This document shows, piece by piece, positions 49,101 to 63,239 of a DNA stretch of 64,000 nt. The first letter of the stretch is position 1; each line of letters begins with the position of its first letter. The notes under the pieces are model-generated. The model was not told the origin of the DNA. It saw only the letters and a program-made list of their open reading frames with translations, and did not search any database. This DNA comes from Pavona decussata (lineage: Eukaryota): contig CDRNST010000144.1 of NCBI GenBank assembly GCA_977016875.1, positions 6,262,001 to 6,326,000 on the forward strand, in the 5' to 3' direction. The position numbers and the translations under genes are program-made.

Positions 49101-52100
49101 CAGCTAGAGTTAAACATCTGAGTTCACTTTCAGTTACTCCTAATCCTATTATTGAAAAGCTAATTACCACACCCTGTTTCTGCCCATATACTCAAACTAT
49201 GCCTGGTTTGCAAATTATTAGTATAGCGTGAACAACATGAAAGAAGAATCTTCTTCAGTTTGACACTTCCCAAACGATAGAAATTCTTGGGCTGGTTTGT
49301 TATGGAAGTGATGCTCTAAATTAAGACAATGAATCACGAGACAAGGTATACCGGTATGGAAGTCAGAAGTAAAACCAAGATTATTTTTGAGAAGCTATCA
49401 GGAACAGTATGAATGTCTATACTTTTTCAATCCCAGGTGATTTCTCTCTGAGCTATTCAAGGTCACCGTGGTAAGGTTGGGTTTGGCGGGAAGCCTAAAT
49501 TGGGCAATTAGCACGTGATGGACAGTAATATTTACAAGGAACACATATTCTGGAAGAAATACCCTGTTTTATGACCGCTAAATTAGCAAGACCTTTTCCT
49601 GTATCTTACTACAGGACCAACAAAAATAATAAAAGTGAAATCAGTAGCAAGACACAATTGAGCGGGATCCTACAAAGCCAATTACCCGGGTGAGTTGCCA
49701 GTAAGCTTTAGTGTTCCTTCTTAAATTGTGGTTCAGCCCAAAATAAAACAGTTACAAACGTGGAAAACTTCAGTGTATTACAAAGAATGTGATAAGACCC
49801 TGATAAATGAAAGCTGTTCACTGTTAAGGGAACTACTTGGTATTAATATAGTAAAGTATCTGAAACCACAAACTTTGAGAGCTCATAAGATTTCGTGAAG
49901 CTGTGTTCAATTTTGAGATGACAATGCTCCGGAAACAAACATCAATTGACATCAGCAAAGCGCACTTTAAATGTCTGCTATCCCGCAAAGACAGGAAAAT
50001 ACTCAAACGTAAACAGCTTTTAGTCGTAGGTTTTGTTTTTTGTTTTTGTAGGTGACCTTCACAGTTTCGACACGTTATACCAGACCATCTGTGCCAATAT
50101 CATACGCTTTCCAGACATTCGAATACAGCAAATTAACTTAGCAAAATGAAATCAGAGTTTGCTTTCGTATCAGCATGTATCAGCATCGACAACTGTAGAA
50201 ACTCTGACAAGCTGGAAAACGTTCTAAAAATACAAATTAACAACATGAAATGTTGCAAAATATAACAGGAACCCCACAAGACTGACTTTTTTTGAGGAAC
50301 TTCCTTTCATCATGTTTGCGGGAAACATTCACCATTTTTATGACGAAGTGGATGTGGAACGGAAAACAAACAACCAAAAAATACAAAATATAACAACATA
50401 CGCCATTCAAAGACATAGTTACAACATAACTACGGAATACCACTCGCACACAAAAAAGAAAATATTATCGAAAATTCGAAGGTTGTGAAAAACATTCAAA
50501 GACAAAACATAGAACCGTCAAAGCTAAGTGGCAAAGCAAAAGGCACTTCACAGATATTGACAGGGATGCCAGTAGAAGGCATTAATTGTCACAAATGTAT
50601 TTACATTTCACCGTTCTTCGTGTCATGTTCAAGTAGAGCAAAGATTGATTTTAATCATGACATTCTTTTCCGGATTATACCCACGAATCTGACAGATAAA
50701 TTCCCGGAAAGGCAACAAAAAAATTCACGACAAGTTTAAGCCTCCACGAATTTCCTGCTGTATCTAAAACATTTATGACAAACTGAACGGATTGCAACGT
50801 CTCCGAGTGTGTCTTTCTGTTAGTCCCTGGCGATTAGTTTTAGCTATCTAATTCAAGCTTTAACGCAAAGACGAAAAAAGTTGAAATCAGTCAGCTGCGA
50901 AATCCATGCCGTAAATATATAAATTAAAAAAGTTTGGAATGACCAATAAACAAACTCTTTCCGATCGAAACTGGCGTTACTGAACTTTCAACAACTCGAA
51001 CTTTCTTCAGCTGGCGTTCAATTAAAAAAGAGTTACTGTTATTCATCAGTTCTGGCCCTTCCTTAGTGGGAAGCCGCAGTGGTGACACAGGAAGCTGACC
51101 ACTTTACAACATATCGATTTTATACAAATATATTTCTTGTTTCTGTTTATATTAAAGTTAGTTTACTTTAGAGACGGGATGTTTTCTTGACAAAATGAAG
51201 GACTAGGTGCTATTTTAACCCATTGCGGGAGGCGTAATGGAATGTTGAGTCAATATTTTGAAAGCTATTGTTCCAAACTTCTGCCGTGTTGTATTTTTGC
51301 TAAAAGAAGCTATGGGCACTTGATTCAAGGAGCGACCAGGTTGATTTGTCTTTTGTAGAAAACAACAAAGCTGTCTCAAAATATACATCATTAATACCTG
51401 TCAGGGGACCTTTAACGTCACTAGAAACCTATTCATCGCTTTACAAATGAATGCGACTAATTACCAGCTAATTTTCCTTTAGAACTTAATTTCTATTATC
51501 AAGCGAAAAATTTAACAGGTTTCTGAGTCGTGTCGTAGAATGGCGCTAATTGACGCTTAATAGCTCATCTTCGCCTCGCTGCATTTCCTTCCTATCGAAC
51601 CATTTTCACTTCATTTGTTTGCAATTAACACTACCCATGACATATAAACTCGCCTCTAGTTGAAAACCTGACGAAATAATAACAAATATCTAGAAACGCA
51701 CCGGCCTTTTATGATACCAATGTAACTAATGTAGTGCATTAAAATATGAAGGAAGTTGATTTGTAAACGCTGTTTAGCTACAAAATCACGTTACAAATTG
51801 CATGGCCTCCTTACATGCCAAGTTACCATTCCAAACCGAGTAATTCGCGGAAAAAGACCTTTAGAATGCATTGGAAAGTAGCGCGTTTTGAACTCAAATG
51901 CTTCAAATTTTCGTAATTCGTATTCCACGTAGCGTCTGCGTTGACAAACTCGTAATTACATTTTCTCACGCCTTCCTCTGCTAATGTTGCATTATTGTAT
52001 TGCAAATCGAACATTTCTACTAATGTCTCGAAACAATGGACACATAAGTCATATAAAAACGAATTTTAGTCCACAAATTAACTTCTTAATCTCCAAAACT

Positions 52101-52341
52101 GGCTACTATTTTGGCAACTTTCTGGATAATCATTAGGGTCAGGGGGCAGTGCCGGAAAACTATAGCATTGTCTTCAGTAAAATCACCCTCGTTTACCTTT
52201 ATTACCCGCGGAGGAAAACACCGAGTCAATAAAAGCGGTTTCAAGTTTCACGTCTGTGGATGAAATCCTAAAATGTGGCAGCTAAAAATTAAAGCATGTC
52301 TTTCTGTTGTGCTATTCATTAGATAAGAATGTGTTACATAC

Positions 52342-53301
52342 CTGGACGCGTTGGAAGACACAGCGAAGCGACTTTAACTCTTCCCCTCGTAAGGCTCGAA
52401 TAAGTCACATAATCAAAGCAATACTCTTCAACGTAGTCTTTAAACTGAGAACACGGAAAGAATGTGGCTGTGTGTCCCTGTTCTACTGTTTTCTGCGCGA
52501 TGACCTTCTCGGAATATCTATCGCGTAACAATATAGCGTCGTTAGTCCTTGCATAGTGGCAATCGGGGTGCTGGAACGAAATTGTAAACGAGTTTGTGCA
52601 TGGGAAAATTTTGTTAGCGTGAGAGGACAATGTTTGACGACCCCAGCGCACGTGGAGGGCAACACTCCTGGCCAGTGACAAGTTTGCAAATCCAGTTTTG
52701 TACTCAAAAAAATATGTTCCTTGAGTGTCGAAAACATCACAAGAGAAGCTCATTCGAATCCACGAGCCAAGAGGTATTCTTTGCTTTCCATTCGAGAGTT
52801 TTCGAACGTACTTTCGGGTCACCAAAATCTTCTTTTGGCCTTTAAGATAGAAGAGATTTACTTCGTCGCGGTGTTTCTTGGGTAAGCACTTGCGATTGTG
52901 TCGAATCCAGATGGAGCCAAATCGAGTTAAAGCGGTGTGGTTTGTCGGCGACTCAATGATGATATTACCCCATTTTAGAGTCAGTGTCGGAGAGATAAAC
53001 GCCGCAAATTCACTGTTTGAAATGCGATACTTGAATCGGTACAATCCTGGGTGGTCGAAGACTTCGCAGGGCAAAACCACGGAAATTTCGGGACCATCCA
53101 ACAGCACAGTTTCTGTGTGAAGTCTCTTGCCAGTGCTGTTATCATACACGAGGACACTAAGTGTTCTTTCGGGTGAAAATCCAGGATAATGTCTGGGAAA
53201 ATGGAAGTACAAAGTGACATTGCCTCCAAGAACTTCCGATGAGGCCGGGGATAAATCCACTACAAGGTCAGCTAGCGCTCCCTTTCCAAACTGTTTGTTA
53301 C
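52342..53301 (-). CDS. THSD1: gogo/THSD1-like receptor, exon 2 (GOGO/THSD1 N-terminal extracellular region)
   Basis: 960-nt phase 1-1 exon, TCATTTCAG| to CCAG|GTATGT. Repeated C-x2-F-x3-G-x-Y-x-F...L-x-(L/V)-x-W units and FFPCSQFKDYVEEYCFDY resemble THSD1 ectodomain motifs as I recall them (no search run). Confidence 0.85.
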
Positions 53302-53683
53302 CTGAAATGACGAATATTAGGTATTTATATATTTATGTATATAAAAAAAAACAGAATCCAAACATTTTTCGCCGTTCAACTTTTGCCCCTGCACAAATAT
53401 GCCGTTATCATCTGACAGGTCTTGTTACGTATTTACCCCGTGGCAAAATAAAGGTAATTTACATTAACTGTAGTTTAAACGCTCTTTTGTCAACTATTGT
53501 AGAAGGATTGAGACGCGACCCACCACAATTACAACAGCGATGGTCGAACTTCAACTTTTAGCTAAACAAGTTATGTTTGAGTGACTAATAGTAATCTAGA
53601 GAGCTCATCACAGCGTTGTATTGTGAGCGAAAATTCGGTCGCGTTCCGGCACTCGCTGCACTGTTGAAAGCAGATATTCTTAC

Positions 53684-53753
53684 CCTCAGCCTGCGATGAA
53701 AGAATGCCGGAGGCAATCAACAAACCGCATAACAGCATCGACCATGTTTCCAT
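53684..53753 (-). CDS. THSD1: golden goal (gogo)/THSD1-like receptor, coding exon 1 (signal peptide)
   Basis: METWSMLLCGLLIASGILSSQAE-G hydrophobic leader, start context GCGATGG, donor GAGG|GTAAGA (phase 1), upstream acceptor TTCTTGTCGGTTTCAG opening the exon at 53785. Confidence 0.8.
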
Positions 53754-56700
53754 CGCTCTTTCCTCTTCATGGAATGTCTGTTGTCCTGAAACCGACAAGA
53801 ATGGAATGAGCCAAGAGCACGAGGGCAAAGCTTATATCTCACCGCGATATGTGCCCGCTCACTGCTGGACTCAACGTTTGCTTAAACCATTTAAGACATA
53901 TAATTAATTGTCCACAATTATCTTGTTACATTGTGCTGTAATATTCAATTAGCATTCGGCTTGTTGTGCCCTTTGAAAGCCAAACAATGACAAACTGCTG
54001 TGCCAATAACAGATTGCTAATTTGCGCCTTACAGAAGCTCCACAGTTCAACAGATGTTGACGGCTCCTTGGCCTGCCAAAATGAAGCGAATGGAACGAGC
54101 AATCGCTACATGATAAGTGATGTTCGAATAACTGTAATCGTATTGTACTTGGCGCGCGGGAGGCCGCATAGCAATCTTTTCAGTGGCTTTTTACTGTGAT
54201 TTACCTCCCGCCGGCTTATAATGTTTACTTAACGGATTTAACCTCTTTCGTCTACGTTTGTCGACCGGATTAGCGAGTTGTTATGTTAACCCAAAAAACA
54301 CCCCAGTTTTTTATGCTGCTGATATCACCCAAGCGACAACAACTTCCCTCTCTTCTTATCATCTGCATATATTAAGATATCGGTTGCCATCCTGTATGCA
54401 AATTTCGCTTTCTTGAACAAGTCGTTTTTCACACATCTGGCAATGTAGGGTGAAAATTGCTTCTGCTGTAAACAGACTCGCGATAAGTAACCAACGCTAT
54501 TTTCGAGTCCAATACGCGAAATTTGTCGCCAAAGATGTGAGAACAACCCAAACGAACTGCAAATTAAACAAAATCCGTTTTGGCCCTCGTTCGGCGCTGA
54601 CAAATTTCCTAATTGAATATTCTGTTTTTACAGTAATTACGTCGTGACAATACATTTCCCTCCCTGAATACGCCCCTATGTTTGGTTTTCTAATGAGACA
54701 CGTGTTAAGATGTATTGAACATGTCAATCCAAGCCTTTCATGGTTGGTTGCTATCTATGACGTGGGACGTCAACATAGCCATTACAGTTTGACTCCACAG
54801 ATCGAAGTCTTCCAAAAACATTGGCGAAAATCATCACATAAATTTCCCCTCCCTCTAATTACAGTTCAGGTACAAACTTACACAACAAACCTTTTTCGAT
54901 CGGTCTGTCTTTTCATCGGCTTAGAAGATTCCTTGATTAATGCGCGTCTTTGCCTCCACTTAAAATCGTTGCAATAATTAAAATGTTTGAATGGATTACG
55001 AAAATTTCACAGCGTAAATTTTATGCCCACTAAGAAGCCGTCGACGAGGCAAAGAATCGAGATAAACAAGGCGGAGCAGTAGATTCCTGTTCCATTCACT
55101 CAGTTGCCAAAACACAGTAAATCATCGCGCTACAAAAACTGTAAATAAGATCAGATTGCCTGCCTGTGTCGTAGAAGGTCACGGAGATGGAAACTTCGAA
55201 CGATTCGTGTCAGCAACAAAATTGAGTCAAGGGTGATATAATAGTGGCGGCGCTAGCTTGCTGTTTTTTATTCCATGATCCTCCATGAGATCGAGCTTCC
55301 TAGACATTACCTGAACAATATAATCTGAAATTTGAAGAATGGCAGATAATTTCACGGCTTAGCGTCAGTGAATTCAAAGCTTCGCGAAAGCACGCAAAGG
55401 TCCTTGAAGATAAACAGCAAGCTCGCGGGTGCTGATGCATATCACAATTTCGCTTCGTGTGTTTGAGCTAAATGCTCGATGACATAAGCGTAATTTCTCG
55501 GTTTTGCATGCAAATCGAGTTGATACATTAAAAAATTTAACGCCAGCCTACCTGACGAAACACAGCAAGAACTCGCAGTAATCGCCTAATCCGCAAATGA
55601 TTGTTCGCTGTGTTTACACTGGCCGTTTCTTTGGACTTGCTCCAGTTTCGCTCTTGTTATTCCTTTACAGATGTAGCATTCGCTGCTTTGCCTTCGCGAT
55701 GCATGTCACGAACGCACTGCCAATTGGAATACGCTCGTTTGTCGCCGGGCAATGCACGCTGAAGGTCTTAATGGGCAAAGCTTAGTGCTGTTGCTTGTTT
55801 GATCTGTTACCGGAAACATACCACACGCTACTGATCAGACGTGTATCTTTCATGGCTTATATCTTCCATTAGATAAGAGTGCACGTGGTCAACTTATCGG
55901 TCGCGGGACTGATTTACATCAAAATATCCTTGTCCAATTTTGACAACACAGCGTCAAGGCAAAGTGCATTCTGAGTGACAGTTGTATTGTTTTTTGATGA
56001 GGTGGGTGGTGAAGTTTAGAAACTTGTCCAATGAAACAAAAGCAAACCTTGTTATGATGGAAGACGTATCAACACCATTTACCCGAAGGCGTTTTAAACA
56101 TGACAAAACTAGGGATCTTCATTCCAAATTTCCTTCGACTTCATTTACTCTGTATTCGGCCTGACGACTTAATCCTCAATTCAGTAACACAAGTCCTGAA
56201 TTGGCCGAAATAAGGCATTTATGCTCTTCGTTGTTAAATAACCCCAAACGCAAAGCGGAGTTTATTTTCACTCTTTTTTTACTTCATTGCTTTTCGACAG
56301 ATGCCTGTTTCAATCACCTCTCTAGCAACGGTGTTTAATAGTGTCTTAGTTTTAATGAAAATGTTAATTATAGCTTGAATTTGTAAAAATATATACATAT
56401 ATATATATATTCCCAGAAAAGTTAAGTGGAACGCGTATGTTTGTATAAAACAGCGAATATTTTGCCAGACTGAACAAGCCGTAATGAATTCAGCAATAAC
56501 TCTAAACACTGTTTTCACCATTAAGCCAAATGAAATCATTCTTTACAATCAGATAAACTCGGTGTCCACCTTCTGTCGCCATTACATTTCTTATTTTACT
56601 TTGTGAGTGTTGTTTGCGCAAAAAAAAGATTAGCGTGGGGAGACAATCGAGTTAAATACATTGGAAATTTGCCGTTTTCTTTTTTCGTTTTCCACAGGCG

Positions 56701-59700
56701 TCATTTTGAAATATCAAATTGGCTCGCGGAGTTTGAAGAGCAATTTTCAGATTTTCCTTCATAATCAAAAGTGGTTTTCTGTAGCCATTTGCATCAGTCA
56801 GGAACTGTCAATTTTTGCTTCCAAGAATAGCCACAATCAGAGAGTGAAGTGGGTAAATGTGTCGATCAACGTCATATTTTTTTATGCTTGGCAAGCTGGC
56901 AACAACAGGATCCGCGCCATGATGTCTATGTAGGATTGTGATTCACTTCTACCTCAAGAACTTGCTTCCGAGACACGTTGAGCGAGGCAGACATATTTAG
57001 ATTTTGTCTCTCGTGCTTTCAAAAGCACCTGACATAAATGACATCTGCTGTGATGAATTTTACAAAGGACACTTAAAACTGAAATATTTATCACGGAGAC
57101 CACAAACTGAGTAATACATATAGCACAAGCAGTAGCGAAAATGCCGGTCAAGGTCGTGGTAATAGTCTCCTGTGAATATCACTCAATTCCTCGTAACACT
57201 TGCGTTGCCATAAACTTTTAAATAATGAATAAATTTAGTCTACGTCGTATTTTAAAGTTATATAGCGTTTCAACGAGGGAGGTTTCTACGAAGGTGGTAA
57301 CAACGAAGCCTAACATTAGTTTCGCAGATATTAATATTATGGAGAACAGTAAATGATATTCGCCTATACTTCCAAACCAACGCAAACATTGCAAGCAGTC
57401 GAAGACACGCAACTTAAAATAAATAATATCCATGTGACGCACAATAAAGGAAATTTAAGACAAACCAAAATTTACCTTTTGATTCGATGATCTTGACGGC
57501 TGTCGGTGTAGCTAGCTGTTTTATTGTGGCCAGGGAGTCCTGGCTAGCAAGAATTCACAAATGAAATAAATGGTAAATTTCGCTACTAACGTATTTAAAT
57601 CGACTTGCTTGAGATAATTCGCAACTGAACAAACATAACAACAGGTAAACACGACACTAAATAAATATTTTCAGAGGAAAAAGGCACACATTGGATTTCA
57701 GTTTGAGCTTCTTATAGGAAAGCTAGGGCTTAGCGAATGCTTCTATCCATTAAGTTAGCCTTTGTAAGAGGGGGGAAATTAAAAAGGCAAAGTTAATCCA
57801 GAATAAAAGGATTTTGACTTTTTTTGTCGAATGTAGGTGAATTTTGACCGGGTCCTCGATAGCTTTAATTCCATTTCCGGATTAAGTTAATCGTACTGTA
57901 TTAAATGGAAAACGTTTGAAAAACATCCATTTGAGATTGTGTTCTACCTTAATTTTGCTAAATCAATACGTTTGAAACATAAGCACAAAGTTTTGAAGAA
58001 ACCGATTATATAAAATGCTGATGAATAAATTTTTGTTAACCTATATTTAAGATACTTTCGTGACTCAAACATGAGGTTGAGCTAAATGAATCTTCGCTTG
58101 CAGCTTATCCCACTTTGAATGGCATCCACGAGAACATGAATAGCAGCCAAATGGCAAGAGGTTTACAGTTTCATAATTTTAATTCTCCTCAAAGCCTTTG
58201 AAGCATTAAAACCGGCAGACTGATCTGATTGAAAGGCGTCCGAGTTAATCCCTTTGGCTTACTCAGTAACTTTTGAAAAATTCTTGTGAAGTTGTACCGG
58301 CTTAGCTTGTTTATACAATCCAATAAACTGAATTGATTTTCAACGTTTTTGCTACACACAATTCAGAGGAACATACATCTTGTAAATCGTCAATATACAA
58401 TAAAATATATCCTCCTATTCATTTCTTGGAAGCATGTTTTAAGCAGTTATTTATTTCTTGGATGCATGTAGAAGTTTTAGTTTCAACTCTACATTGTAAT
58501 ATTTGGTTATTTCCCCTTCTTAACCTAATTGTTTTAAACCAATCAATTGAGTACATTTTATAGTAAAAGTTATATAGGATTATCGAAGGGAGAACTTTTC
58601 TTGCTTACCGACGATTCCATTTCTAATGTGGTCATCGATCGGTTCCACTACAACTGTCAAACTTGCCGTGGCTTGAATAAATTAAATTTGTTACAAGTTG
58701 TCATAGATAGTTTACTTAAATAAGATGGATGACCGTTCGTCTCTACAGTTTCATTATTACACTTTTTGGGTTCTGATTCATCCGACAACTTCCAATGTTG
58801 TCTAGACGAGATGTAAATCTGATCGATTGCGCTCCATTCTTACAATGAAATAAAACGGTTCTGGTTAGTATAAACATCACTGACGCTAAATTTGAAAAGA
58901 GGATTTAGTTTGTTTTTTGGTCGGCGTTCCAAGTTATAAGAGCCCATAATGATCCACGGGCATTTTATCACGTTTCACCTAACTGATCATGAGTGGCAAA
59001 CTAGGACCAGGGATACGTGCCGAAATTGGCCACTGCTAACGACCTCTCAAAGGGCCAGCGTTTTCCTGAAATCTACAACATTGGGTTGTCCTGCTGGCAC
59101 TGTCCGGCGTATCCGTTGTTAGGCAAACAGACTGCCACTGACAGAACTTGATTAAATTTGCAACTCTCGCACCGGAACACATATGATACTTCTGTACATG
59201 ATAACATTACTAACTAGGTCTTATACTTGACACAGATACATTTATTAGTACATATATCTATATCAAACCAGTGAATAGTGTTTGTCGCACTCTGATTGGC
59301 TACCTCGCGTTGTCCTGGATTTCTTGCGTCATATTTTTTCGCCAATTTGTCGGAACCAAAATGGTGACTTATCATTGAGGATGGTTATTCACTGGCCCAC
59401 TGTTTATACTTCGCGGTTTGGTAAATATCCACCAAAATCCACGTGCATTTAGGTAAATATAAGTGTCAAATATAATCAGACAAAGAAAACGGAGACATGT
59501 GTAAACTGAAGGTTGTCAAGAAAACACAATAGGAATCAAGATTCATAACACTGCAAATGATGCATCAAGAACTATCTTAATCTCAGATCAAGCGCAAGAC
59601 ACTGAAGCGTTGAAATGTATCAATCTGCGTTTTTTTTCTTAGTTTGGAATACCTGTGTTCTATACGTAGCTAAATTATTATTCTAACGACCAAAGATAAC

Positions 59701-60668
59701 AAGATAGGAGGGTGGCGGTTTTACACGACCAAACTTTTGCTTCACGAGCTCCGCAGATGTCTTTGCGGAGCCTTTGTTGAGGGTTGTTTTTAATTTATTT
59801 TCAGCTTGTGGTAAGCTGACGTCAGGAAGGGAGTCACTTACTTGGAGCTGCGCACAGGGGCTCAGACTGAAACCTCCTACCAAAGTTCGTAGATACTTTA
59901 AACATGTTTCAGTCTAAAATGTTTACCTCCGTTCAGGCAAAACGACAAAAAGTGTTCTCTTAAACAAACTTATTTGAGACTTACACTGATGGCCAAAATC
60001 TTATTGCTATTTCAGACCAAGGGAATACTGACCCGCGCGGTGTCGGGAACTGAGCAGTAACGATCACTGGTACCACGCTCCCATATGTTATATTTTCTTG
60101 GCAATTACAGTAATAGAGTGTATCATGAAAATCTTTCCCCGGCTGTGCTACATCCCGACCTTGCCACCGTTGTATACTTACTTAACAGCGTTTAGGAAGA
60201 AAAAAATTACTGACTGAAATGTTCCTCTCCTTTGGGAATCAAACATTTTGCTCATCTTTAACATTTTTAGATTTTTTCTTTCGGCACTGAATCCGAGTCA
60301 TTCTTTACATCTACGATCCGGTGCCTATTTTAAGAGCACTTACAATGTTCGGTCTTTGGACCGGCCTTTCTTAAACTGAGAGGATTTCACCTTTTAGTAT
60401 TTGAATTTTAAGCCCATTTGAACACAAATGTGGAATCTCGGTGAGAAACAAAAGCAACATTGCCATAAAAGAACTGTAAACCTGATCGGTTTCTGACTAC
60501 TGTATCAGGCCAAGCCCGGCAATGACGCAAAATAGACAAAACTATCAGTAATTATTACTATAAGTCTCTGGAAGCAATGACTCAGTGATATAGAAATACA
60601 CATGCAGCCGTACACAAACAAGAAAATAGCATCTTCATCAGCATCAGCAGGTTCATACAGGCCTCTAA

Positions 60669-61129
60669 GGGCCTCTTCATATGTGCCAAGTAACCGGGAC
60701 GAATTTTGTCTTCTGTTCATAGGGGGTAGTTTCAGCCCGGTTACTGAGATGCAAAAGGCGCGATTCTTCGCTTTGGCCATGCCCACCTTTGAACGCTTGT
60801 CGAAATCACCCGGCAACTGTGAAACAACCGCAGGCCCAAACATAGATATATCGTACAGAAAATCCACTCTCAGTTGTTGGTACTGAATTTGTTCGTCAAG
60901 GGCAAAATCAAGGCTTTCATAGGCCATTTTTGATTCGTCTTGGTCACCGGACTGGAGTGTTTCAATGAGAAAGATTTCTAGCCTGGTTACCCAGATCTCG
61001 GACCCAAAAACCGAGGGTTAGCCTTCCTTCTCATATGAACTCATCGAAAGTTTTATAAAGGAAATAGTGGTCAGGTAAGATCTAGGAAACCGGGCCAGCC
61101 CAGTTGATCGGGTTCATACGAGGAAGCTC
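60669..61129. mobile_element. Degenerate MITE (PIF/Harbinger-like, TAA/TTA flanks)
   Basis: TAA-GGGCCTCTTCATATG ... CATACGAGGAAGCTC-TTA with repeated CCCGGTTAC/AACCGGG subterminal motifs. Confidence 0.55.
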
Positions 61130-62032
61130 TTATTGGCATCTGGTTAATGCTTTGTCCTATGCATTTCTAGTGATACTGTTTATAACAAAATCAGTGTGCT
61201 GAGAATGGAAGGAGCCAGTAGGCAAGAGACAACGTGCGTGATTGCGTTTGGAAGCTTAGGAAATAGGTCAAGAGTCATGACCGATAGTATTACAAAGTTA
61301 AGACGCTTTGTTTCAGTAGCTTCTCAGTGTATCGGTTCACATAGCGTTAAAGATCCTGCAGGAGCAAGTTGCAGAATAAAATTCCAGAGATGTGGCACGT
61401 CAGGCAAGGAGTCTACATGCAAAGAATGATGTTTGATGAAGAGAATGGGCAACGACTGAGACGGATGTTCTCGAGGTCATAAAGGCAACTCGTTGAAAGA
61501 AAAATTGATCTGGATTAACGAGAGGAACTGGTCTATGCACAGACCTCACCACCTGTGTGCGCCAAGAGGCAGCTTGGACAGTATACACCACAGGACAGGA
61601 ATTATCGGATACTAAAAAGACCAACGTGGCGGGATCAGAAAGCGGAAGAAGCAGCCAACTCAATTGATATCGATAGGCAACCACTATTTTATTAGTATTT
61701 GAACAACAGTGAAAGTCATTTTGTGTTTACGTTGACAACCGGCTCGTGGGAGCGAAAACTACTGATCAAATGATACATTCTGATTGGTCGAATTTCGTGA
61801 CGCACACCGCCTGATAATAACCGATACTTCTGTTACTGCCTACTTATTTCAGGGAACGTTACCAAAGTTGCTTACGTTGTTCTGTGAAAGGCCAATCTTC
61901 CGGGTAATATCGATTCTCGAGGCTACTTTAGTGCTCCGCCAGCTGGACTGGATTGGGCATTTTGTGCCAATGAAGGAGACCAGAATGGAAGTAGAGAGGA
62001 GGGGGTGGGGGTGGGGGGCAATAACTTCAATG

Positions 62033-63239
62033 CCTGGGGTGACCAATCGATGAAATCAATAATCGGTGATAACACTTCATGTTCCCTTTATGAGAATCAA
62101 TATCAACCTTAACCGTCGATTTCAAGCTAATCGATTGAAGGTTGATGGATCAGAGAATTTATTCTATGTTAAAGTGCTAAATGAACCAATGAAAATCCCA
62201 CTGAGCGTTAGCTCTAGTAAGGAAATGGGAGACCGCAACCACGGCGGGAATAGAACCCACAACCTCTGGATTAAATGACCAATCGATTAGGGGAAACTTC
62301 GCAACTTTAACATGTTCGATTTTCAACGATTGCCATTGATAACCATCAATTCTTATCGACTTCCATCCATGTTTGTCCTCTTGGATCGACTCTAACTGAC
62401 TCCTGGAAGCGATTAAACCAGGGAAGCAGAGTGGTCGAGTGGTTAAGTGGTTAGGGCGCCGGACTTGAAATCCGGAGGTCCCGGGTTCAAGTCCCGCTCT
62501 GACCGCTAATTATTAGCTGGAGTTCTTTCTCGGTAGCCCCGAGTTCAACTCCTCGGCCGCCCTTGTAAGCAGCCAGCTGGTCTGCCTCCGGCCAGTTGGG
62601 ATTTTTAACTATGTTATTTGCAATTTAAATTATTTCTTTGTGAAGTTTAATGCTCGGCCCCACTAGCACTTGTGCTATAAACACTGCCGAGACGGAGGAA
62701 TATCCCCAGTGTTATTAGTCGGCAAGCGTCATATCTACGGTTGTAAACGACACACCTTTTTTGGCCTAAAAAGTCCACCCCATGTAGTAGTTTAATAACA
62801 CGTTTACAAGCCCTTCTTTCCCTTCGGGCCGCAAACACTTCACCAATTCCCACGTCGAAAGGCATGGTACCCCTTTCACCAAACATTTAAACACTAATAT
62901 CACGTTGTCTACGACACTCAGCTACAAGCAAACCGCGCAGAGATACTATACGCGAATAGGTACTTGATTATTTTTAGTAAAAGCTTTTCAATATGCGATA
63001 AACCGTACCCATACACTGTCAAGACGGCGCGCCAACCAGAATGTGACCGACGCTGGTCGGAAGCTACCAAATATCATAACGATCGATAACAATCAATATC
63101 GATGTAATAGAGAAATCCTTCTTTTGACTATCGATTGGCCATTGATTGGCCAATGCCGCTCAGTTAACTAACAGCCATCGATTGATATCGATTAATTTAT
63201 TGATTACCATTATCGATTTTCATCGGTTAATCAGCCGAG
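62033..63239. mobile_element. Non-autonomous DNA transposon with 8-bp TSD (hAT- or P-type), ATCGAT-rich subtermini
   Basis: Exact CTTCAATG at 62025-62032 and 63240-63247. Imperfect TIRs CCTGGGGTGACCAATCGATGAAATC / GATTTTCATCGGTTAATCAGCCGAG. Dense ATCGAT motifs near both ends. Confidence 0.75.
62421..62690 (+). mobile_element. tRNA-derived SINE
   Basis: A-box-like TGGTCGAGTGG, anticodon-like arm CCGGA-CTTGAAA-TCCGG, B-box GGTTCAAGTCC, then a non-tRNA body and AT-rich tail; no proper acceptor stem. Confidence 0.75.

Noticed and set aside
53754-53828. N-terminal extension MPSCSWLIPF... of the gogo-like protein
   Set aside because: It crosses a strong splice acceptor at 53786-53788, and the ATG at 53753 directly precedes the signal peptide.
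60505-60927. 140-aa minus-strand ORF
   Set aside because: Largely overlaps a degenerate MITE; no recognisable domain.
61196-61684. GC-richer, coding-like stretch
   Set aside because: Stops in the frames examined and no recognisable motif; possibly a decayed mobile element.
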